Shown in pieces: positions 12,453-22,724 of a stretch of 64,000 nt of DNA (its first letter is position 1; every line of letters starts with the position of its first letter). The DNA is from Amoebophrya sp. A120. Lineage: Eukaryota > Protista > Dinoflagellata. The notes under the pieces are model-generated. The model did not search any database and was not told the origin of the DNA. It was given only the letters and a program-made list of their open reading frames with translations. The translations under genes were made by a program, and so were the position numbers. The DNA lies in NCBI GenBank assembly GCA_905178155.1, contig CAJINV010000001.1:7671429-7735428 (forward strand), written 5' to 3'.

Positions 12453-13487
12453 ATGAGCGGAGTCACTGCAGCCCCAGCCGCCAGCACTAGTGGTGCGGCA
12501 CCGGCCCAAGAAGTGGGTGAAACGGCCAAGCAGCTATTGACAATTGGCGTCGCAGACAACAACCGCGCAAAATGCCGGTACTGCTTGGAACCTCTAAAAA
12601 CTGGCGACCGGAAGGTGACTATGGAAGCCTTTATGTTGGGGAGAACTTGCGTGATTTCCAAACACCTCAACTGCTTTGTGGAGAAGGACGTGTCGATTGA
12701 AATTGCAGACCGAGGCAACGCAGGAGCCTGCAAGCGAACGAAGGAGAAACTGCAGAAAGGACAGCCTCGCTTTGTCATATACAGTACTCACTTTTTCACG
12801 CGTGTTGCTGTTGGGGTTGGCATGTCTTAAATGCGGCGAATCTTCGATATGCATGATGTGCCAAAAGCGGAGAATTCGAAGTAAGGCGCGTGATGAACGA
12901 AAAGCTGCAGGTGCCACGTGCCTAATGTTCGCGGCAGATAGCATTCTTGCAGCTGGACCACATTATTCAACAACGACAACCATCACTCAGGTATTCCGAA
13001 AAAGCCCGAGTGTGGTGGAAATGGTTCGCGATTTTTCCTGAGCATGCAGGGCGCCAGCGCGCTATCGCCGGTTCTACGACAATACGTCGCGGACAACAAA
13101 CTGAAAGAGCCGGCCAACCTCAATGCCATTCTCGCTGGATTTTCCTCTCTTCCAGCGGACATTCAAGTCGAGGTGACGCAAGCGCTTGGGTTTTCTGCAG
13201 CGTCCACCTCCGCGAATTCTAAGCTGGACAAAAGCAGCATAGCTCGGCAAAAATCAAGTGACGAAAACGCATCCGCACAAAAAGAAAAAGGTAAAGCAGC
13301 AAATCGCGCGGCCAAAGAACAGACTCTGAACAAGCAGCAGACCACGAGTACGAGTAAAAATGCAAAAGGCAGGGAGGCTAAAACCACCGTAAAACCTCCA
13401 CCGTCGAGAAAAGCGAAACAGACATCGAATAATGGAGCGTCAAGTACAAAGAAGAAAACTCCAGTTGCAAAAACTTCAGCCAAATAG
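12453..13487 (+). CDS. PARP-type zinc-finger protein with Lys-rich tail; exons 12453-12783, 12991-13487
   Basis: IGVADNNRAKCRYCLEPLKTGDRK...KHLNCF fits zf-PARP. A second, degenerate unit runs IEIADRGNAGACKRTKEKLQKG...ILAGFSSLPADIQ. A GT-AG intron at 12784-12990 joins the frames. Confidence 0.7.
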
Positions 13488-14295
13488 TTCGTGACCGTCA
13501 TGCGTCTGCGCATCAAATCTGGAAAAATTTTCATCGATCATAACGTTAAGGTTAACGAGAAGTAGTACATTTATTTGTTGCTTTTTCGCGAAGCGAGGCA
13601 TGAGGCCCACCAATGAATTCGGCCTTGCGACTCTGAGGTGTTGTTCTGAACAATTCGCAGGAGTCCGACATATCGTTGCTAGGAGTTAATAATCGCATGA
13701 AGGCGTCATATAAATGTGCCACTCTTGATGTGAAGGCTAATGTCCGCTCCCGAGAGTAGAAAGACAAATGAACAAAGAAGTCGAGCGTCCCTATAGGAAC
13801 GAGCGTCCTTCGTTCCTATCTACCGGCTGGCTTTGCTGCAACTAGATTGAACCCGAAAATGAAATAACGGCTTCCTTTCCTCTACGACAACACTAGGTAG
13901 GTACCAACATCTGTCGAAATGATCTCCGCGATACTCAGCCCCATTGCTACCCCATTAACTTCATGTGTCTCGTCTTTCTGCAGCCTCCTCGACCTCACCA
14001 AATTTCCTAGCGAACCCACTAGCCTTTATTCAAGATCGACCCTACCCGGCATCACGTTTCTATCAATCAAAAAAGCTGTCTAGTCGTTTTTCTCCTTTTA
14101 CTCATTGTAGTTCGCACAAGCTTTCCTCGTCGTTGTCATTTCCTTTTGGTTTTCAGCGTACTATGAATTTTCCCAGCACACTTTTAGTAGACAAGACCTA
14201 GTAGAGCAGGTGCAGGACCTAACATCAAGGCACGAGCACCCCTTTTTTCGAGAGCGTTAGTGCAAGTCGACAAAAACAAACACCGACATAAAAAA

Positions 14296-14829
14296 ATGGG
14301 GTATTACGGGCTGGGACCGGGCATGCGGGTCGCGGACCAGCTGTCCACGTTTGAGAAAGCGCTGCGCAACGTTCCCCTGGACCAGCACTACATGACGTTG
14401 GATTTGCTGGAGACCCTACTGAAGAACATCGCCCAAAATCCGCGGGAGGAAAAGTTTCGGAAAATCAAGCTGACCAACCCGAAAATCGGGGCCGCCATCA
14501 CGTCGGTAATACCCGCCCTCGAGGCCTTGTTCGCGCTCGGCTTCCAGATCGACCAAACCGCGGCCGACGGCACACTTTTCCTGGTCCTCCCGGAAACCAT
14601 CAAGCTCACCTTCCCGGCCCATGTCGCGAAGGTCATCGATGCTCGCGACGACTTTTTCCGCAAGGAAGTCGAGAAGATGCGGGTTGCCAAGGGCTTGGGG
14701 CGTGTTGCGCCCGCGGGGGAAGGGAAGCCGGAGGACCCGCGCAGCACGGCGGACATCGAGCAGGCCACCACGGCAAACCTGCAGTGGATAAAAACCACCG
14801 ACACGAAAGCTTACTACGTGGGCGCGTGA
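14296..14829 (+). CDS. PUB (PUG) domain protein, putative p97/Cdc48 cofactor
   Basis: LDLLETLLKNIAQNPREEKFRKIKLTNPKI...LEALFALGF is the PUB signature; GC3-rich coding bias. Confidence 0.85.
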   Translation: MGYYGLGPGMRVADQLSTFEKALRNVPLDQHYMTLDLLETLLKNIAQNPREEKFRKIKLTNPKIGAAITSVIPALEALFALGFQIDQTAADGTLFLVLPETIKLTFPAHVAKVIDARDDFFRKEVEKMRVAKGLGRVAPAGEGKPEDPRSTADIEQATTANLQWIKTTDTKAYYVGA

Positions 14830-14999
14830 GGGTCGTCGCGAGAGCTACCTGTAGAAGAACTCACGTGTCATTTGCTTGCTTGGACCATATTGAAGACCTG
14901 CCCTTCACCTTATTTATTTTCAATGCATGCCGTTGCTTTTTCTAGTAGCGAAAGATGAGAATGCTCGACTTTTTGACGCTACAATTATTCTCGGGGTTG

Positions 15000-16052
15000 C
15001 CTATTGTTCAAAGCAGTCTTGCATTAATTTCTGCTTGTGTTTCCAGCTGTCCTCCGCCTTGATGAAGTCCGCTGCTTGATTGTCATACAGTCGCAAGCAA
15101 AAACTTTTTACTTTTGAGGATGCGCTAGCTTGTTTTGATCTCTGTCTTCGCGTTTTTCTCTTTCTTGTTGGCTTCTGGGAAAATGAACAACTTTTTGAAC
15201 CACTTCGTACCTGCATCATAGTTTTCCTTTTCTTCAATTTTCTTTCTAATCTTTTGAGGGATCACTTTTTGAGCTTGATAGTAGATTTTTTGTGCTTGAA
15301 ATGAACATTACGATTACGCTAGCTCATCGGCGAAGGAGTCTCGAATAGCATACTCGTGAAAGCGTATCTCCTACTCGGTGAATGACAACTCCTCAGCTAT
15401 TTTGTGCAGAATATTTTTTCGCTTTTTTTCCTGTTGAATTTATCGCGTTGTTGCATTAGACCTTCAGAAGCAATCATTTTCCTCGCGCATCGACACGGAG
15501 AACTTTTTACGAGGTCTCTGTATTGAAGCACGTCGCTGGTAAAAACAAACGTTTCTTCAGATGCACCCAATTGCGCAACAAAAACACACAACGAATATTC
15601 CTTGTGTCCGCTCGCTTGATACGGTATGTATCAGAAGAAAATGCGTGTTGCTGTTTTTTGGCGATGTGTCGTGTATACTCAATTCGGTACATTTTGTTGC
15701 TCAGCTTGCTGTTTCTTTTTTTCTTTCTGCACATTCAAACAGAGGCAGGAGCAGTCCACGCTCGCCGTACTTTGTTTTTTACGAGAGCATCTTTTTAATG
15801 AACGCACGAATGACAGAGCGGGGTTACACCTTGGTTTTTCATCGTGGTGTCGTAGCTCTTTTTTCCTCGAGAGTGGGTGGGATTCAGCTTTCGCTGTGGT
15901 TTCTGATTTTATTTTTTTTTTTATTTCTTTTTGATTTTGACAGGGTGTTGTAGTGTTTTTCGCTGAGAGTCCTCGTCCCAGTCACACTTTCTTCAGTATT
16001 CTTTTGCTAGCAAATTTTGATTCTTCTTCGTGTTCGTTCTGTCGACATTCAT
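15000..16052 (-). pseudogene. Degraded Lys-rich gene remnant; 15735-16051 is homologous to 22355-22652
   Basis: Fragmented minus-strand Lys-rich ORFs. Visible alignment with 22355-22652 (e.g. gcggggttaca, ttttgattttgacagggtgtt, gtcctcgtccca, ttcgttctgtcgacattca). Confidence 0.4.
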
Positions 16053-16908
16053 ATGCCAGGCTTAGGAAAATTCGAACACTGTAAGAACCTCGTATCCTAC
16101 CGTACCCAAAATCCCAACTTGACAAGGAGGCACTTCATGGAAGGTTTTGCATTGTATTGAGCAAAGTGGTCCGGTCTGCCGCAGCTTCCGATAAAATAAG
16201 TGTAGCTTCCTCCTCTAGTGCGGTGCAGAAGATCTTCAGACATGATGACGAGTCCTATTTTTTATAGCGTTTGTCTTCCTATCTCAGCTTCCGACTAAAC
16301 AGCGATCTCGTCTGTTGTTTGTCCAAGATAAAATTCTACTCTAGGCCGCTACCGCAAGAAAAGCGAAGCGCAGAGATGGGTCAAATTCGTTAGGTGGGAC
16401 AGTGTCCGACGCCCTCCGTATGTTTTTGCTCATTTTCATCCAATTTTCCGGCCCAAGGCGAAGATCCGACTTTTGAACTCGTTTACATTTATTTTTGTTC
16501 TGGATCCCGAATCATTCAAGACCTTTCGTCGCGTCCGCAATTCTGATTTGCAACTAAACAAACCCAAACAAAATCGCCATGTTTAGAGCAAGAGTACTCA
16601 GTGACCATTCATCGCAGCCCACTTCGCCTGAAGCAGGAGCAGCGAAAAGCGACGCGATGCCTTCGCTTGCAAACAAAAATGCCTCGGACGATGCCTGTCT
16701 CAGTCTCTTCTACCCATTTGTTCCGTACGCTGTGCAGCGACAGGCGTTTGCGCACATTGACAAGGCCCTGAACAGCAGCGACAGCCGGGGCGGCAAAAAT
16801 GCTGCCAGCGCGGGGGACAGTGACGTCGACAGCAGCGCAGGCGCGGATGAAAACACAACTACCAAGAAAAGCGCCGGCGAGGTTGTTTTCTTGAAGCAGG
16901 GAACGGCG

Positions 16909-17626
16909 TAGCACATTTAAAAACGGCAGCGCCCCGAATTCGCGGCGCCCTCGAGAAAAAAGAACTGTAGCCGGCCCCCGTAGGGCAGCGCTTGCTATCC
17001 CATTTTCGCCCGGGCATTGCAGAAACAGAGGCCACAGCGATATTGAGTAAACGTGGGCGCGTTGTGCTTGTGGGCCCTGTGCTTGTGGACCGGTACTGGC
17101 GGATCGCGTGCGCCCTGTTGGGAGTGCGGGCGACCGATGTCGTGCACGCAGCCCCGCTGCCGCGTTCTAGCGGGCGGCCCGAGAGAGGGAGCCGGCCGAG
17201 CGCAGCCCCTGCCGGCCCTCTGCCCGGCGATTCGCTTCCTTTTATGGGGCCCCATTTCTCTTGGTCCCGTTTTATGTATGGTTTGCGGGCTGGAGATACA
17301 GTGCCCGCCGCTGATCCCATACTCGGTCTCCGGCACGCAGAGTCCGGAGCAAGGCATGCAGCCTCCCGGGCGCGACGGTCGGCCGGGTGGCAGCGCCGCG
17401 GGCGCGACCTGGGTGGGCGGAGCCAAGGTTCCGGCGCCCGCTCTGCGGCGCTTGCCAGAGCGGGGGCGGTGGTTGTTGCTCCGCCGGCGTTTTCTGCTTT
17501 TGCCTTTGGGAGATTTCCTGTCTTTGCTTGGGGTCGAGCATTTATTTTCGCGGGACTGTAGCGCGATACATCGCTTCGTCGCGCCCGCCTGACGCTGTGT
17601 GTGCGCTGCCGTTTTTTTATTGGATA
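16909..17626 (+). mobile_element. Long GC-rich TIR introner element (718 bp) splitting Walker A
   Basis: tagcacatttaaaaacggcagcgc / gcgctgccgtttttttattggata (14-bp perfect core). Flanks are cggcg/cttcg. Confidence 0.8.
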
Positions 17627-17676
17627 CTTCGGCGGGGAAGACAATCACGATGCTCGCCTGCTGCAAGGCCGACAGC

Positions 17677-17945
17677 ACTCGGGGCCCGGCGGACCGTGTG
17701 GAAAATTTACCCAAAAGGCCCCGCCCCCCCCCGCCCCGCCCTCCCCCGCCCCCTTTTTTATTAATGCGACCGGAGGCTACAGCATTTTTATTTTTAAGCA
17801 TGTGATATCTGTGCAGAACAGCTACAGCCCTACTTCTTGCCCGCTCGTCGCTCAAAAAATATACAATTTGCTCGCTGTTGCGTTCTCGATTGAAGTAATT
17901 GCATTTCGTAAACTTTTGACTGCAGCAGGAGTCTTTGATAACAGC
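17677..17945 (+). other. Possible second non-canonical intron in helicase remnant
   Basis: Direct repeat acagca at 17672-17677 and 17941-17946; right end ...tttgata. Removal joins CCKADS to KRARNF...IFFFS. Left TIR is not recognisable. Confidence 0.35.
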
Positions 17946-18204
17946 AAAAGGGCGAGAAACTTCAGCGCCGTGCAAGAACGGCGACTGGAGCGGCCCCGGA
18001 GGAGCATCGCAAAACGCAAGCCATCGGCGGTTCCTCCCGGTTTTTTCCGGCGAACTACGGAGGTAGCCGAGGAGTGCAGCATGAACATCTTCTTTTTTTC
18101 ACCAGCACGGCCCCCGAAGTCGCAGCTTCTATTTTCCGACGCCACAGATGAAGTGCTGATCGACTAGCCACACGGAGAGGAGGAAATCGTCCAGCATGAC
18201 GTCG

Positions 18205-18466
18205 TATCAACTGGAAAAGTGTCTGGGTCTGGAAGAATCCAACTTGTCATGCTGATTTTGGATTCTAAAAAAATCTGTATTGCATCAGCAGCAAAGAGAC
18301 TCCAAGTTTTGCTACACGGAAAGAACGTTTGTCATGCGGTAGGTGCATCAAGAAGCCCTCACAAAATCAGTGATGCTAGGGCATGCATCACAGACATCAG
18401 GAGTCAGGCAAAATGTGCATGACAAACCTGGCAATCTTCCAGACCCAGACACTTTTACACTTGATA
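18205..18466 (+). mobile_element. TIR introner element, family A (262 bp, TSD cgtcg)
   Basis: tatcaactggaaaagtgtctgggtctggaaga / tcttccagacccagacacttttacacttgata. TSD at 18200-18204 and 18467-18471. Reverse-complement homologue of the 31506 and 31814 copies over their full length. Confidence 0.93.
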
Positions 18467-19166
18467 CGTCGTCGCAAGCGGCTGTGGCTGCACCGCGGGA
18501 GATCATTTTGCAGCTGCGGCTGCCGATGCGCGTGGACGCGGATCGTCGTCGACGTCCGTCGACTGCAGTGCTCCGAGTTCATCTCGGCAACCTGGAACCA
18601 CGGGGAGTGAGTTTTCTAGGACCATGACGCGGTAGGACAATCTGTCGCGGAGGCACGAGGTCATCTTATGAGGGTGCACAAGTGCACGACGCATCTTCAT
18701 CCTCCCCCTCATTTGTGTTGCATGAGCAGCAACACAAGCGCTGACAAAGATGCAGCTTTTGCATGACAAATTCCTAGAGGATTGCAGTGTCTCATTCAGG
18801 CTAGTTTTGACCTGCCACGGTAATTTGTTCTTTCACCTCTTCTTTCAAGTTTCTTACCCCCCTAGTTTGATGCAGCATCAAGAAGTCAACATGTTCTCTC
18901 CTCACGAGCGCAATCGGGATCCTCATTTCCACACCGATGGCCCGCTTCTTCCTTCATCTGTAGAAGACATCAACTCCGCGGCTTTACAGGTCAGGGCGGA
19001 TTAGGCCTCCGTGGATGATGAATCCAATTCTTCTTGGTGGTCGATAGCTGAAATTTGGGCAGCCGTGCTACACGCGTTCAACCCGAAAATCAGGTGCTAC
19101 ACGCGTTCAACGCCTGAGCCGTGCTACACGCGTTCAGTTGCAGCAGCTTCCCGCCCTCCATAGAAG

Positions 19167-21749
19167 ATGGAAGCACTTCCCCCGGAAGAACACTTCGCGA
19201 ACGCGGACGCGGAGTGCAAAGCGAGGAACTTCAAAAAAGCCCAGCGCGAATTAGACTGGTATGTCTCTCGCCTCGAAGCGACGACCGGGAAGAATATTAG
19301 TTCGTTGAACAAGTCGGATAAGTTTTTCGAACTGGAGAAGAAGATCCGAAAGGGTTTGCAGTCCGCATGGGACGAACACGGAGAAAAAAACAGTAATGAT
19401 ACCGCCGGCGGGTTTCGCTCCTGTGGCAGTGTGTTATCACAGAGTGAGACTTTTGCCACGTCTGGAGGACAAGGTGCTTTGTGTTTCTCCTTTGCCAGCT
19501 CCTCGTCACAGGAGCAAGCAGTTGCGAGCAAGACCGACAGTGGCTGCGCCAAGATCGGAAATCAAAGCTCATCGTCATCTTCCACGCTCGTCGTGAGCGG
19601 GCAAGCGGGCGGCTTAGCCTTTCCTAGCGGGGAAAATAAGCCACAGTCCCGACGAGATCGGGCACAAGACATCATTGAGAGACTCAAGAAATACTACCAC
19701 GAAAAAAAACTGGCGAGCCGAATTCTTCTTCCCGGTGGGGCCACAACAAAAGAAGAGCTGCTCGCCTTTTGGAAGAGCGTTTTCAAGGAAGCGACTTCTG
19801 CAGCACGTGAGATCGACTCCTTGTACGAGCAGGATGCTGATGAACATCACGTATCGGATGTTCGCCGCGCGGACTTGCAGCAGTCTGCCGGCCACGAGGT
19901 AGATAACCTTGGCGAAAAACCTGGCAGCTCGAACGATATTGCGTCAGCACCTACATCCTCTCCTCCTTTGTCACCTTGGACTCTGGAAGAAATGGACGCA
20001 GCTTTCGAGGAAATGAGGAAAGACACGGGGCCTCCACCGGTATACCTAATAGATGTAGATCACGTATCGGATGTTCGCCGCGCGGACTTGAGACGACAAG
20101 AGCAGTTCCAGTACACAGTGCCGGTTACCGCCGATGAAACACGCAGCACAGCTTGCACGACCGCGTCAGAACACGAAGAAGCAGAAAAAATCAACTCTAG
20201 AATAAATGAAGGGATACCCACTGAACGTGCAGGATCATTTCGTCGACAAATAGCAGTTTTCCTGACGACGGAAGTGATACAAGGCCCGTGGACAATTGAA
20301 ATGTGCACTGCAGACGGCCGGGAGCTTGGAACACTATTTGACCATGGTGACGGTCAGCCTGTGGCACAGTCTGCCCCGCTTGCACCCAAATCAACAAAAA
20401 GATTGACTTGCCGGTCTTTCGTTTTTGCCTCTAGACCAATCGACTTCGAAGTAAGATTGGACTACGAGGACCGCCACACGGAAACGGTTGAAGAGACGAT
20501 CACCCAAGTTGCTCAGCGTGATGCCGCACGTTTGGCACAGCGACTCGCGGAGGAACTCCAAAAAGCCCTCCGCTTGACGACCGGCGCCGTCCAACCTGTG
20601 ACGCAGTCGCGGTCCTGCGGCCGTTGCCCGTACGTATTTGGACGTTTCATCGCTGCATCGAGACGGTTTGAGCTCTCGGTCTCGGCACTATTTGCGCTCC
20701 ATCTTGTTGGAACAGCTGAGAGGCCATTGATCAAATGCGAAATAGAAATGGAGGAAACAAACAAAGTGAGCGGCGACTCAACGATCTACAAAGCGTACAG
20801 CGAGAGCTTCCCCGTCGTGTTCGTGGGCGCCCGCGAAGGCGACCGATCAGCGCTTGACGTCCAGCTCAAGTGGCGCCGCGGTGGTCTGCAGCCGGAGCCT
20901 TCACACCCTGTTCATTCTACTCGTCATTTTCATTACGAGTTGGAGTCGTATCTACTGATGCGAGGCAATTTAGGGACCGACTGTGTGTTTACACAAGATG
21001 ACATCACGCGCACCGGGAACCAAATCGAATTGAGGATTCCAAATGTTGACGCATATTCTCAAACCCAGATTGAGACGTTGACCCAGGTTCTCTCTTTCGG
21101 TCCCGCGGTGCACTCCACAGTTGGTGACCAGCTAAAGCAGCTTCTCGCGGCTTCGCCCGTCAAAGGGCGCTTCTTGTCCGTGCGCTTTACATTCCCAATT
21201 GTGGCCTGGGCAGAGGAGTTCCTCGACCTTGTACGCGTCAAAAACGCGGGGACCGTTCGGCGCGAGGGAATTGGCATGGACGCTTCGTCTAGTAGTACGA
21301 TTTCGGGATGCCTTCGAACCGTCGTGGAAAAGCAAATCAAAGACTGCATCGAAAACAGCCTGCCACCGCATCCATGGGTATATGCTCTCGCAACTTCGCC
21401 GGGATACCAGCTCTTTGAAACGCACACTGCAGTGGGCACGTCACCACAAATACTTTGGCGTGGAGCTGGAGGTCGTGCCAATCCGGATTCCAAATGGATC
21501 TCCTTACTCGCTACCATCCTCGTAGCGCGCGCTAATACGACTTCTGTTCGCGATCACGATAGCAACAACTCGACACCGAGCAACAATAACCGAGAAAACT
21601 CCTTCTCATCCCCCCATACCTCCGAGCATTTTCCTAGCAGCTCTCCAACGAAATCCGACCGTTCCGGTAGAGATGGAACAGAAGAGGAGGACAAGACGAT
21701 TCGGCTTACACTGTATGCCAGCAGTCGGGAGGAAGAGGAAGAAGAGTAA
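19167..21749 (+). CDS. Hypothetical protein, tandem paralog copy 1 (homologous 5' part from ~18870 carries in-frame TAGs)
   Basis: 860-aa ORF strongly similar to 22725..25274; no recognisable domain. Confidence 0.65.
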   Translation: MEALPPEEHFANADAECKARNFKKAQRELDWYVSRLEATTGKNISSLNKSDKFFELEKKIRKGLQSAWDEHGEKNSNDTAGGFRSCGSVLSQSETFATSGGQGALCFSFASSSSQEQAVASKTDSGCAKIGNQSSSSSSTLVVSGQAGGLAFPSGENKPQSRRDRAQDIIERLKKYYHEKKLASRILLPGGATTKEELLAFWKSVFKEATSAAREIDSLYEQDADEHHVSDVRRADLQQSAGHEVDNLGEKPGSSNDIASAPTSSPPLSPWTLEEMDAAFEEMRKDTGPPPVYLIDVDHVSDVRRADLRRQEQFQYTVPVTADETRSTACTTASEHEEAEKINSRINEGIPTERAGSFRRQIAVFLTTEVIQGPWTIEMCTADGRELGTLFDHGDGQPVAQSAPLAPKSTKRLTCRSFVFASRPIDFEVRLDYEDRHTETVEETITQVAQRDAARLAQRLAEELQKALRLTTGAVQPVTQSRSCGRCPYVFGRFIAASRRFELSVSALFALHLVGTAERPLIKCEIEMEETNKVSGDSTIYKAYSESFPVVFVGAREGDRSALDVQLKWRRGGLQPEPSHPVHSTRHFHYELESYLLMRGNLGTDCVFTQDDITRTGNQIELRIPNVDAYSQTQIETLTQVLSFGPAVHSTVGDQLKQLLAASPVKGRFLSVRFTFPIVAWAEEFLDLVRVKNAGTVRREGIGMDASSSSTISGCLRTVVEKQIKDCIENSLPPHPWVYALATSPGYQLFETHTAVGTSPQILWRGAGGRANPDSKWISLLATILVARANTTSVRDHDSNNSTPSNNNRENSFSSPHTSEHFPSSSPTKSDRSGRDGTEEEDKTIRLTLYASSREEEEEE
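19846..20090 (+). repeat. 32-bp perfect direct repeat flanking an in-frame 213-bp insertion
   Basis: atcacgtatcggatgttcgccgcgcggacttg at 19846-19877 and 20059-20090; the segment is absent from the paralog. Confidence 0.9.
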
Positions 21750-22724
21750 AGACGATCTCTTTTGCGCTCTTGCAACGATTTCCTGAAACTGTAACACACT
21801 CAGAATCATGAAGTACAACATGATAAATATAGATGGGTGAACATTTAATGAACTTTTTCTGAACGAACATTGAAACCACGACGATTACCAGCTATCCTCC
21901 AAATATTGAGTAAGTAAACTGCATATACATTGCAAAGAGTTTATAGAAATATGTTTGACGCGCAAACATGCATACACAAAAGTTCAACTTGAAAGAGAAA
22001 TGCGAAGGAATGTAGGCAAAGATAACGCTGAGATTGATGAAGCAAGTACTGAGTTTGCGTCAATCATGTAATTCGTGTACTCTAACTGTTGGGGGTGTCA
22101 TACGACTAAGCTCTGCTCGCGTGAGTGTGTCAGTATGTAGGAAATCAATGACTCACAAAATGCAACGAAATATACCGCATGAGACTCCGAGAAGTTGTTA
22201 GTTCGATATACTGATACTGCAGCAGGTCTACTCTGTCAGTTCTCCGGTTGTATTCGTATTTCTATCAGTCTCGGTCAGCGGTCTTTCGCCTTCCGTATTC
22301 AAACCGTACGCCTGTGTGTATTCGGTACATTTCTTTCTTGTTTTCTTCCCGCACAAACAAACGCAGGAGGCAGGAGTAGTCCTTACTTGCCGAGATTGGT
22401 TTTTTAAGAAATCCTCGTTTTTATGAGAAAACGGATGCTGCGACAGCGGGGTTACAACTTGGTTTTTTTTATCGTGTCGGAGCATTTTTTTCTTCGAGAG
22501 GGAGCGGTATTCAACGCGCGCTGTGGATTCTACTCTAGTGTCTTTTTGATTTTGACAGGGTGTTTTTCGCTGAGTGTCCTCGTCCCAATCAAACTTTCTT
22601 CTGTACTCTTCTGCTAACAAATATTGATTTTATTTTCGTTCTGTCGACATTCAAATTAGATTTTTAAATGGCCACGTACTTGTTCTTTCATCTTCTCTTT
22701 CACAGTTAACATGAGGTTCTTAGT

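Larger units (their letters stand above)
16579..18634 (+). pseudogene. Truncated Rad3/XPD-family (RTEL1/FANCJ/DDX11-like) helicase N-terminus interrupted by TIR elements
   Basis: Q-motif region FYPFVPYAVQRQAFAHIDKAL. Walker A VVFLKQGT(A/S)AGKTITMLACC is restored by removing 16909-17626 plus 5 nt. A motif Ia-like IFFFS...SQL follows, then an in-frame TAG at 18165, and no downstream helicase core. Confidence 0.6.

Noticed and set aside
16859-17975. Long overlapping ORFs in the GC-rich element as a transposase
   Set aside because: Low-complexity Arg/Pro/Ala/Gly translations with no DDE/D motifs; expected by chance in GC-rich DNA.
16901-17983. 8-bp direct repeat gaacggcg as the boundary of a 1075-bp intron
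   Set aside because: The TIR-defined boundary at 17626 restores GKT of Walker A, whereas this join removes it.
18165-19163. Stop-codon reassignment (in-frame TAGs at 18165, 19002, 19161), as known in one Amoebophrya lineage
   Set aside because: Long conserved ORFs here contain no internal stops and end normally at TAG, TAA or TGA; the in-frame TAGs are confined to a rearranged, decaying region.
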